A DNA stretch of 63,281 bases, filler included, from Lenisia limosa (taxonomy: Eukaryota > Protista > Breviatea): NCBI GenBank assembly GCA_001655205.1. It is 16 parts of 16 records of this genome, joined end to end, with 100 filler letters (N's around TTAATTAATTAA, not from the genome) between each part and the next. Parts side by side here need not be neighbours in the genome. Positions count along the whole stretch, not along the records: positions 8,052 to 12,019 come from LPNZ01010395.1; positions 12,120 to 16,641 come from LPNZ01011142.1; positions 16,742 to 25,705 come from LPNZ01005531.1; 13 more parts are not named here. One strand, given 5' to 3'. The position numbers and the translations under genes are program-made. Every line of letters begins with the position of its first letter. Position 1 is the stretch's first letter. Shown here one piece after another: positions 11,101-21,747 of the stretch. The notes beneath the pieces are model-generated. The model had not been told where the DNA came from. It saw only the letters and a program-made list of their open reading frames with translations, and did no database searches.

Positions 11101-11966
11101 CTTTTCAAAGGCATTAGTAAATCTGACGAAAGCATCTCTCAGCAGAAAGGAGGCCATCAAATATGAAGTTTTTGAGGTTACTCTTTTGAAAACAAAAAAG
11201 AGAAGCAAAACCCTCGTCTAACGTTATTTGTAGACCCCTCTGCTTACTGCTGGTTCGAGTGCGTCCGTTCAACTTTCGCCCCTGGCTTCCTCGCCCTTCC
11301 TTGTTATGTCTCCTGTGGTGGTGGGGGGATTATGATAGTATATAGAGTGACTGTGTTAAGTCCTGACACGGGTATTGAGCCTTTTCCTCATTAATCGTGC
11401 CAGGACTTATCGCGGTCGCTGTGTATTATACAATCTGTGAGTTCTTGTTTTTTTTACCCCCCCCCCCCNNNNNNNNNNNNNNNNNNNNNNNNNNNNNCCC
11501 AGCATTCTCGATCAGCGCCAGCAGCAAAGCGACGAAAGCATGAGTTCCTTGGAGTGGGGGATTTGGGTCAAAAATATTGTAATTTTTAACATAATCGTGG
11601 TTTAATTATGTAATTATTAAGTTTATCGCGGTTTAATTATAGTATGTGTTCACCTTTCAGGGGTGGTATTCGCAAGTCCTTCAGTACCCCGTCCTTCCAG
11701 TATAAACCTGACAACAGCTTGGCTCTGTTCCATCTTAAAGTAGGGGAAATTGTAATGACGGTGTAATGGAGGTTTGATTTGTTATCAACCCTCGTGTGTT
11801 GCTAGCAAACAGAGTTGATTCTGGGCTTTTTTGTTTCATAAATTTTCCCATTTTACCCCCCCAGGGTTCCAATACACCCCCCTTCGTAACCCCTCCGGCC
11901 AATTTGCGCTCGGGATCGCAAGCGCGTCCACGCCTCACGTCGCTTATAAACAGTCCCACTCGCATG
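8142..11966 (+). CDS. Catalytically degenerate class III (guanylyl-cyclase-like) domain protein with S/P-rich C-terminal region (multi-exon, partial)
   Basis: Exons 8142-8251, 8389-~8482, 8624-8747, 9139-9225, 9534-9611, 9789-~9929 read SLLPEEVGRLL...SAVSIRVDIVSG...KAELMGSSHLFISGCP...HALNAANMAVEV...DIRVGVATGPVIAGLI...RWHVTGEAVLHSRIA...ITESVVSAL, colinear with the cyclase fold. Confidence 0.75.
9322..9525. repeat. Degenerate tandem array of ACTTGCCTTATTT (about 8 copies, 20-27 bp period)
   Basis: Visible in the intron just upstream of the acceptor at 9532-9533. Confidence 0.8.
9659..9788 (+). repeat. Dispersed intronic repeat family C (representative copy)
   Basis: Consensus ~GATGCGGTGCTGCAGAAGCGACTGGCCTGGCTTTGTTTGTTTTGTTGTTATCAACCCTCGTGTGTTGTCAGCCAACAGAGTTGATTTGGGCTTTTTTGTTTCATAAATTTTCCAATTTTACCCCC. 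Plus-strand copies near 7770-7951 (two), 8066-8141, 10789-10918, 11778-11864, 11975-12019, 13200-13378, 14267-14460, 14735-14802, 18741-18917, 20845-20984, 37150-37283. Minus-strand copies near 26830-26880, 40612-40645, 50535-50570, 54920-55085 (two), 58780-58965. Confidence 0.93.
10400..10605. repeat. Mixed trinucleotide microsatellite (ATC/ATT/AGT)
   Basis: Runs of (CAT)n, (ATT)n and (AGT)n; intronic. Confidence 0.85.
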
Positions 11967-12119
11967 GTGGGCATAACCAGCGATTTTGGACTTTTTTTGT
12001 TTCATAATTTCCCCCTTACNNNNNNNNNNNNNNNNNNNNNNNNNNNNNNNNNNNNNNNNNNNNTTAATTAATTAANNNNNNNNNNNNNNNNNNNNNNNNN
12101 NNNNNNNNNNNNNNNNNNN

Positions 12120-15100
12120 CCCCTATCTGCTGCCCTATCAGGAACGGTCAACATCCGATAATCAACAAGAAGTTGATCCAACTTCCATTAGAGCTGAAAA
12201 TGACGATTCATCCCCGATGATTGCAGAAAATGACGATCTCGATACTCAAAGCAACCAACAAAACTCCTTCTGTCCCCGCAGCCTGTCGAATAACCAGAAT
12301 GAAGAAAAAGATGCTCTCCTTCCAAGTGACGCTCAAAAGAGCGAACAAGAATATGACGACGTCACCCAACAATCAACCAAGCTCAGTAGAGATAGTTCAG
12401 CTTCTTCCACCAGTAGTCTCGGCTCCCCCCATCCCCTGCCCTTCCCCACATTCCCAAAATTGCCGTCTCAGATACTAGCACCCTCTCATATCCCCGCAAC
12501 ACAGCCCTCATTTGTTCCTGCCTCGCCACCCCTATCAACCACCACCGTCCCCAATTCCCTTGTCAAAGACCCGTCACTACCGACATTATGGGAATCGTCA
12601 ATTCCATCTATTCAACTCCCGTCTATTCCAACAAGAAATTCCGAGTCCACAGCATCTCAAGATTTCAACAAGGATTTTGTTAATGTCTCAATACCTTCAA
12701 TCTCAGATTCTCTCAATCTACCGTCCTTGCCCCTTCTCAATAACATCACTTCTCTGAACCCTCTTCCCAAAGTCGACTTCGATTTCCCGGTTACACTGTC
12801 GGAAAAATCGGCTTTCCCTCCCCCCCAAAACCCAACAATCCCCGTCCAAGAACTGTCGTCCACAATTGGTGAAGCGCCTGGCAACTCTCAAATTTCGACT
12901 CAGGAAAAACCTCAAGAACAAATTACCCCCGAAGAATGCCCGGATAAAAACGAAGGGAATACACGAAACATCGCCGCTGAAAACACCTCCCCTTCTCCAT
13001 CAGGTAATCGGAGTATGTGGCGTTGCTGGAGTTAGGGATTTGCTTCGGTTTGAAAGACGGAGTTTCTCTATAAATCCTGGAAAACTATCAATATTTTCCC
13101 AAACCGAAAGTGAAGCCTTAGCTGAAGTAATGGGATATCTCTTTTGTTTTGTCTTGTGATTTTTACCTTTACGCCAATATTCCTCAGAACCCTGCATATG
13201 TGACTGACCTGGTCTTTCTTTGTTTTGTTGTTTCCAACCCTCGTGTGTTGTCAGCCAATAGAGTTGATTATGAGCTTTTTTGTAATTTTCCAATTTACCC
13301 CCCCTCCCCCCTGCTCGTGTTTGTTATTGCTTGTTTTTTTGTTTTTTTGTTTGGAGTTTCAGATAATTCGGTTCGTAATNNNNNNNNNNNNNNNNNNNNN
13401 NNNNNNNNNNNNNNNNNNNNNNNNNNNNNNNNNNNNNNNNNNNNNNNNNNNNNNNNNNNNNNNNNNNNNNNNNNNNNNNNNNNNNNNNNNNNNNNNNNNN
13501 NNNNNNNNNNNNNNNNNNNNNNNNNNNNNNNNNNNNNNNNNNNNNNNNNNNNNNNNNNNNNNNNNNNNNNNNNNNNATGTGGGCGACTCGCGGGTGGTGG
13601 CGTGGACAGTCTCTAATAGGAGGAAACTGAAGCTTTTGGCCAGGACGGTTGACCATAATCCAGTAAGAGGGGGGGGGGTAAGCATGGTGTGTGTATGGGG
13701 GCTATTGTTTTTATTTTTATTTTCTCTCTTTTTTTTTTTTTTTTNNNNNNNNNNNNNNNNNNNNNNNNNNNNNNNNNNNNNNNNNNNNNNNNNNNNNNNN
13801 NNNNNNNNNNNNNNNNNNNNNNNNNNNNNNNNNNNNNNNNNNNNNNNNNNNNNNNNNNNNNNNNNNNNNNNNNNNNNNNNNNNNNNNNNNNNNNNNNNNN
13901 NNNNNNNNNNNNNTAAAGTGGTAATTGTTTGACACTCACATTGACTCTTTTACAGCTTTAGCCAGATACAGCCTTTTTTTACAGCTTTAGTTACTTACAG
14001 CTTTAGTTACAAACTCTTTTTTTCTAATGTCTCCGTTTTACTGTTTTTTGTTATTTTTATGTCAACCTATTACTGTTTTGACTGTATTCGCAGAAAAGTG
14101 AAGCTCCCTACATCCAGGGAAAAGGTGGCGAATTCTACGACTGCGGAAAACAAAAACGAGTGGGGGGTATATAACCTGGGGTATTTATCAAATACCAAAT
14201 ATTGAGTCAAAGAGTTGATTTTGAGGTTTCACAATTCACTCCTTCTAAATGAACCCCCCCCCTATGAGATGCGGTGCTTAAGAAGCGACTGGCCTTTTTT
14301 TGTTTTGTTGTTATCAACTCTCGTGTGTTGTCAGTCAACAGAGTTGATTTGAGCTCTTTTTTGTTTCATAAATTTTCCAATTTTACCCACCATTTGTTTG
14401 GAGTTTGGAGTTTCAGATTATTCGGTTCGTGATTAGGACCTTTACGCAAATATTCTTTAGANNNNNNNNNNNNNNNNNNNNNNNNNNNNNNNNNNNNNNN
14501 NNNNNNNNNNNNNNNNNNNNNNNNNNNNNNNNNNNNNNNNNNNNNNNNNNNNNNNNNNNNNNNNNNNNNNNNNNNNNNNNNNNNNNNNNNNNNNNAATAC
14601 CCTGGCCGCCCCCAAGGTTTGTTACTTACTACTTTTATTTGAGAACGAAGCTACTTAAGTGTATGGATATATTATATAAACATAAACAATGACCACGTAC
14701 TCCGCACTTCACCCAGGTATGTGTGTATGTATTGCCTTGTGTGTTGTCAGCCAACAGAGTTGATTTGAGCTTTTTTATTTCATAAATTTTCCAATCCCCC
14801 CACCTCGCTAATGTTATCAGATTAACCTTGGACGAGTTCTTGGCAATATCCACCATCAGGACGTTGTGTATGGGGGGGGGGGGGNNNNNNNNNNNNNNNN
14901 NNNNNNNNNNNNNNNNNNNNNNNNNNNNNNNNNNNNNNNNNNNNNNNNNNNNNNNNNNNNNNNNNNNNNNNNNNNNNNNNTCCCTACGGTCCGGTCAATC
15001 GAACGGTCCGGTCTGGTCCGGTCTTTTTGAGATATTTAAATGAGCGGTCCGGTCCGGTCCGGTCCGGTCCGGTCTTTTTGGAAACTATGAACGGTACGGT

Positions 15101-16432
15101 CCGGTCCGGAACACAAGTGGGTAAAGAAAAAAGAAAAAAATGTTGTAATACAAAGCTCCCCTTCCACGATACGGCAGCAACACTCATTTAACTTGAGACA
15201 GCTTTCTACAATTCCTTGTAAAACTGAAAATACCTGATATTATCAAAAGAAATCCCAGCCTTCCTCACCATCTAGATCCGCTGTGGCCGAAGTCAATGTC
15301 ACTATTATTCCGCCAGGTGGGGGTCCTTGAATTTCGTTGCATTTCAACACGGTGAAGCATACAAGCTTTTATATTATTTTTCATATTTGCCTTCCGATTT
15401 TTTTTTTTATTAATTTTTATTAAAAAATTTTTATCATTTTTTTTTATCTTTATTTCTTGGAAATGTTAAGAAATGGGTCTCTGTAATTGAACCTGTATTA
15501 TTGTTAATGAATCGGGTCTATTGTTAATGGATCGGGTCAACAAAGCAGGCGAAATAGGAACTGGGCTTAACAAAGCAGGCGAAATAGGAACTGGGCTTAA
15601 CAAAGCAGGCGAAACTGTTCTTGTCATCAGGCTTAACAAAGCAGGTTATACTACCCCTTCTTATGCCTGAATATACTATCATACTAATATCATGCTCTAT
15701 ACTACATAACATGTAAACATGTAGTATACATAGCAATGAGAAATAAAAAATAAGATAGTATCTGGCCGAAGCCGTCCACACAATCACGCTTAGAAGAGCT
15801 ATTGATATAGTATACTATTTATTCACTTAATCATTTGCCTTACATCTCTGTGCACACTGCTTTCTGTGTGCCTCCCCAGCNNNNNNNNNNNNNNNNNNNN
15901 NNNNNNNTGTAGTATTTATATATACCTAGCTATATTATATTATCGGGCTAATAAATCAGGCGAAACCGTTCTTGTTATCGCGGCTTCTGACGGACTATGG
16001 GACCACCTGGTGATGCCTCCTGTATCGTGGGGAGGGGAGGGAGGGGGGGGGGACATNNNNNNNNNNNNNNNNNNNNNNNNNNNNNNNNNNNNNNNNNNNN
16101 NNNNNNNNNNNNNNNNNNNNNNNNNNNNNNNNNNNNNNNNNNNNNNNNNNNNNNNNNNNNNNNNNNNGGATTTATCGAGAAACTCAGTCTTTGTTCGAAC
16201 CGAAGTGAAGCCCTAGTGGGGAGGGAGGGTGTTGAAAAAGGATGACGAAAGGGGGAGGGGGCAAGTCACCCTTTATCAAAAGTGCTTTCCTAAAATCGAT
16301 TCATGTAACGGTTTTTAGAGAGGTCAAGGAAATCGACCGAGCTCAGCGGTTGATAGAGAAGTCGCTTCAACTGCCGCCGCCTCCAGGGGCAACTAATTTG
16401 GATTGGGTTCCCGCCCGAGTTGTCAACTGTTT
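12120..16432 (+). CDS. PP2C/PPM-type phosphatase-like protein with S/P-rich N-terminal region (multi-exon, gapped, partial)
   Basis: Exons 14821-14866 INLGRVLGNIHHQDV, ~15260-15316 SAVAEVNVTIIPP and 15960-16008 GETVLVIAASDGLWDHL match the PP2C SRxxGD and ASDGLWD motifs. Linking them to the long exon at 12120-13003 across gaps is inferred. Confidence 0.7.
13033..13120. mobile_element. hAT-type MITE family B1
   Basis: Degenerate TIRs; flanks GCTGGAGT / GCTGAAGT (7/8 identical). Confidence 0.85.
14981..15112. mobile_element. B2-related element end with (CGGTC)n subterminal repeats
   Basis: Starts after a gap with TCCCTACGGTCC (B2 TIR core), followed by many CGGTC/GGTCC pentamers. Confidence 0.55.
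15539..15645 (+). repeat. 30-bp tandem repeat derived from the downstream acceptor/exon start
   Basis: Units AACAAAGCAGGCGAAATAGGAACTGGGCTT; the third unit CAG-GCGAAACTGTTCTTGTCATC resembles the true junction CAG-GCGAAACCGTTCTTGTTATC at 15957-15979. Confidence 0.8.
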
Positions 16433-16881
16433 GTATAATGAAAGGTGGGGGTGGCGGTGTATGGTGGCGGTGTATTCCTGTATGGAGGCATGCAGAAAGC
16501 TGTGTGCACAGAGTTGTAAGGATTGGGTGAATAATATTATATAATCCAATATCTCTTATAAGCGTGATTGTGTGGCGGCCTGATACAACCTTATTTTTTT
16601 ATTTCTCATTGCTATACTATATGATAGGGGGGGGGGGTCAGNNNNNNNNNNNNNNNNNNNNNNNNNNNNNNNNNNNNNNNNNNNNTTAATTAATTAANNN
16701 NNNNNNNNNNNNNNNNNNNNNNNNNNNNNNNNNNNNNNNNNATGGATTTTGTGGGAACATGTATGTTTGTCAGCACTATTTCCTCCAATGGCTGACATGA
16801 TAGTATGATCAGCATTATTTCATCCCAATGCTAACATGATAATATGATCAGCATTATTTCATCCCAATGTTGACATGATAG

Positions 16882-19800
16882 AGATTGCCGGTGCCAAAGC
16901 TGTTTGCTGAAATCATGATCTCGTCCCCAAAACTTGAGGTTGGATGGACTACTGTTGATATTCAAGAAATGCTGCCTTGGAACATTTTAAATGAAATGAT
17001 TTGTTTTATACTACATACACTCACTCCCATATAACAAGCTCAACCTTGTTGGCACTTTACTCATCCTTCAGGAAAGTGTGCTGCTTGGGCCGGCTGCCAA
17101 ATGGGACTCCGAAACCGACCTAGCATTGAAAGTACCTGGGGGATATAGCTGTGATCTTGGGGTAATAGTCACCCATCCCATTTACCCCCCCCCCCCCNNN
17201 NNNNNNNNNNNNNNNNNNNNNNNNNNNNNNNNNNNNNNNNNNNNNNNNNNNNNNNNNNNNNNNNNNNNNNNNNNNNNNNNNNNNNNNNNNNNNNNNNNTG
17301 GGTGTCACAGGTGTTTGTCTTCCTCACCAACTGGCAGAATTCTCCAGACAAACACGGTGCGAAGGGTGCTTGTATAGTTGTGGATTTCGCTTTAATCATG
17401 CTGGGAAGATGGAATAGGTTGAGGAAACTTTTTTTATTTATTTAATTGTCCCTGAATGCTGATGTGGATGGCTTCACAAGGAAGCATCACTGAACTTGTA
17501 GCCCGTTTGGCCACGTTTGCCGCACTTCAGACTCTCAACATCCCTCTCGAGGTCATTGACCAGGTACCCATGTTGTTGTAGTATATCCAATATCTTATAA
17601 GCGTGATGTTGACGGCTTCGGCCAGACACTACCTGTTTTATTGTTGATTTCTACAAACCCAAGGAGTACAGTTATGCTATTGATCATTTGCATTGTATAT
17701 TTCTTTTGTCCACTTAGAGTTGATAGTAATGATAAATCAACTCTCATAACAGCTACTCCTATTGATCAACTCCGGCTTATCCCCCCCCCTCCCCAGTCGC
17801 GACCCGTCATCCAGTATGGGCTGCTGATCGAAACATGGACTCGCTTCTGGGGCCCTTTCACCGCCGCCGTGCTCAGAACTATTGTTTGCACCACGTTTTT
17901 ATGATAGCCTTCTTGGGCAACGTTCCTCTTTATTCCTGCTTTTTGGCCTTTTCTTTTGCTAATGACAATCAAACATTTTTTTATATATCATATATTGTTT
18001 CCCCTTACATCTTTCTAGGAGAAATTCGGAAAGGTGCCATCGGAAACTGTTCTCCTCAAAACTGTTGGATGTACATGTGGGGAGAGAGATTGTTTGCTGT
18101 CGATATTTACTTGTCATATGATACATATATTTGACTGAACTTTTTTAGATGAAGTAGTTTAGTATATAATCTCCAACAGCCTCACAATTGCATTTCTATA
18201 TTCCTTTTATATATGATATGCTACAGAATAAAAATCCATGCCTCAGACAACTTTGACCCTCCAGACCCGAATTTGGTGTCATCTCTATATGCTGCTTCCA
18301 GGGTGATCATGGTAGGAGGGGGTCTGGTTGGTATTTTAACGTGGATCTTTTCTGGCGTTTTTATTTGTTCAATATATGATTTTAATGTTAATATTTAGTT
18401 TTTGGAGCAATGGTATTCGGATGAGAGTAAATAGTCCATTAGTATAACAACAAGCTATTTTGCTTCTTTTTTGGTTTGAATTATTGCGATATAATTGGGA
18501 TCCAGTACCACTCATCTGACTTTGCTCCGGCCTTTACCCCCTATCCAGGCCCTTGAAAAGCTTGCCTCCCTGAGGCCATCCAGTGGTCCGCCGCCCGTCC
18601 CGCCTTTCGACACTACTTTTTCGCAGGTTGTGGCAGCGTCTGCCCATGAACTCAACCAGTGGGCTATCTGAATAGAGCGCGGGATACTGAAATGGATTGC
18701 GGATAATAGTATCGAAACTGTGTGTAGTCATTGGAGTGATGGGATGCGGTGCTGCAGAAGCGACTGGTCTGGCTTTGTTTGTTTTGTTGCTGTCGCTAAC
18801 AAAGTTGATTTGGGCTTTTTTTTTTTGTTCATTTTCAATTTTACCAATTTTACTCCCTTCAGATTATTCGGTTCGTGATTAGTACCTTTACGCCAATATT
18901 CTTCACCGAAATTTCCTNNNNNNNNNNNNNNNNNNNNNNNNNNNNNNNNNNNNNNNNNNNNNNNNNNNNNNNNNNNNNNNNNNNNNNNNNNNNNNNNNNN
19001 NNNNNNCAACTGGATTGTCAACCTAGAGAGTCGAGGGGTCCGACCTCTGGAGTGTCTTGACGCGAAGGTGAAGCTCAGGGACTATATCGCTTGAAAGCCG
19101 TGTACACGTGTACACAGAGTTGTTAGGCAAATGATAGGCGCATTTATTTTTGCAATAACCATTCTGGTGGCTTTGGCCGGTTCTCATTTTTCATTTCTCA
19201 TTTAAACACATCATTAAGCATCCCCCCTCCCCAGACCGCGCAACAAATCTTCAATAGGCGTTGGTGCGACCTCAGGAGTATTACGGCTCCTTACAGCACG
19301 GTGAACTATGAAGGTGTGTTATTATTATGTGTGGGGATTCACACTGATTAGTTTTCGGGGAAATATCGATTTTAATAGGGAGTTTATCGAAAACTGCGGT
19401 CTCTTTTTCTTTTTTGAATGGGGTAAGTCCCAATTATGTTCATTGGCTAATACTCATCATTTGAGAAACATCGTATTCAAACTGTGCTATGCTGATTTCC
19501 CGTAAAATACAACCATATATTATCACCACCTTTCTTCTCAAAGTCACGGCTCATTTTCATACCTATTTCCTCCTGTTGAATCGTGTGCACTCCTGACCCC
19601 ATCCGCCAGGAAATGATGAGCCCCCCGCCCCCCACNNNNNNNNNNNNNNNNNNNNNNNNNNNNNNNNNNNNNNNNNNNNNNNNNNNNNNNNNNNNNNNNN
19701 NNGTGAGAACCTTCGGCGACACTGGCAACAGCCGGAGTATTGGCGAGGTTCGTGTATGGCATAGTTGCAAAATACAGGGTTCAATTGGGGGATTGGTGGA

Positions 19801-21120
19801 AAAAAATATTTTTCGCTCTTTTTTTTTCTGTGCTATTTTGGAATAAGGGAGCTTTATAATAGCATTCTAACACTAATACATCTCAGTGCTTTCTCATTTG
19901 ACCACAACACATCATTTGATGTTATAGCTCCTGCGCCACCGGTGGAGGTCACGTGCACCCGTGCAGGTCTTGACGCTCTCGCGGCCCGGCTCAATGTGAG
20001 GGTGCAGGAGGTGGGGGGTATGAAACTGTTGAACTTACTTTCCCCATCATGGGGGCATATGAGAAGACAAGTTTTAAATCTAGGGAATAGCAACGCAATA
20101 AAAGCAGATAATGGGAAGGAGGGAACCATACTCTTTCAACGGAGTTGGTTGTTGTTTTTGCCTGTTCACATTCNNNNNNNNNNNNNNNNNNNNNNNNNNN
20201 NNNNNNNNNNNNNNNNNNNNNNNNNNNNNNNNNNNNNNNNNNNNNNNNNNNNNNNNNNNNNNNTGGCGGCAACTGCCACGCTAAGGCTCGGCCGAGCCCT
20301 ACTCAGTGTGGCACGTGCAAGGTGGGGGCAATACATCGGATTGATAGTGTTTTAGATTGACCTTTATGCAGCACAAGAACAGAAAAACTTGGAGCCATCC
20401 CTTGCAAAAGCAAAGGGAGTGTGATGTGTGAATAAATGGAAAGACAACACTTTGTTTGCTTTCTAACCTTGCAGACTGGCGTGTTGCCTTGAGGATCCCG
20501 AGACCCAACCGGTTGTGTCCATTCTGCCTACCGACGCTTATGAGTGGATCATGACTGGAAGAAAAGTGGGTAGCGCTGGGGTGAACCTTTCAGCAGCTGA
20601 CTTGTTTTCCATGAGTAGGACTGTTCACATCCTTGAATCTGTTCGTGTATTTTTTTTGTCATTTCGTTGATTATCTGAATATCATTTCATTCTCAATTCA
20701 GAACCTACCCGAAAAGCCGCACTTACGCGATACCTACGTTCTTTCAATGCGGGCGGTGAGCCTCGTCAAAGACGGTGAGTTCGTTGTACTTCATTGCAAA
20801 ACAGTATCACTCTTCCTAACTCACCACACAATTTCCTTCTCGATGGGATGCGGTGCTGCAGAGCTTCTGGCCTGGGCTTTTTTTGTTGTGTTGTTATCAG
20901 CCCTCTAGTGTGTGGTCCGCCAACAGATTTGATTTGGGCTTTTTTGTTTCATAATTTTCCAATTTTACTCCCCCCCCCCCCCCCNNNNNNNNNNNNNNNN
21001 NNNNNNNNNNNNNNNNNNNNNNNNNNNNNNNNNNNNNNNNNNNNNNNNNNNNNNNNNNNNNNNNNNNNNNNNNNNNNGAGCTGCTCCTACGACGTCTTGC
21101 GTAAAACCTATTTGAAAAGA
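16882..21120 (+). CDS. Hypothetical protein, about 14 small exons (partial)
   Basis: Series of open GT-AG exons (RLPVPKLFAEIMISSPKLE / ESVLLGPAAKWDSETDLALK / GSITELVARLATFAALQTLNIPLEVIDQ / ALEKLASLRP... / NLPEKPHLRDTYVLSMRAVSLVKD); no family recognised. Confidence 0.6.
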
Positions 21121-21747
21121 GTGGATTATCTTATGGTTATTATTTTCTTTGTTCACTGATACTATGAATATTTAATTGGACACTTTATTTTTGGGCTTAG
21201 TTGGTTGAATTGTACACTGTTCTTTGGCTTAGATTAATTGCATTACTGAACCCTGTAACGAGTCGCTCATTTGGCTGGAGTGCAAATCTTCTTTGAGAAT
21301 TACCTGATAACTTGCCACAGCCACCACCCCTTCTTGGTAGTCCCATCGTACACAAAAGAGTTTGATAACAATAACCTCGTAAATAGATCAAATCATATTA
21401 TATCATATGATATGTAACAGATGAGTATGATTTTATCTCACTGAACTATTGACCGTTTGGACCAAGCCTTGGTTTGGACATTGTAATACATATTGCATTT
21501 TCCTTCAAGAAAACATGAAAATACCATTACCGAATCTAATTTTGGGANNNNNNNNNNNNNNNNNNNNNNNNNNNNNNNNNNNNNNNNNNNNNNNNNNNNN
21601 NNNNNNNNNNNNNNNNNNNNNNNNNNNNNNNNNNNNNNNNNNNNNNNNNNNNNNNNNNNNNNNNNNNNNNNNNNNNNNNNNNNNNNNNNNNNNNNNNNNN
21701 NNNNNNNNNNNNNNNNNNNNNNNNNNNNNNNAGGGATGGACGCGTAC

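Noticed and set aside
13149-13939. Long ORF-track entries containing poly-X (also 21438-21822, 33819-34176 and others)
   Set aside because: They are open only because N gaps contain no stops. Most other 60-120 aa track ORFs are intron read-through or antisense shadows of real exons.
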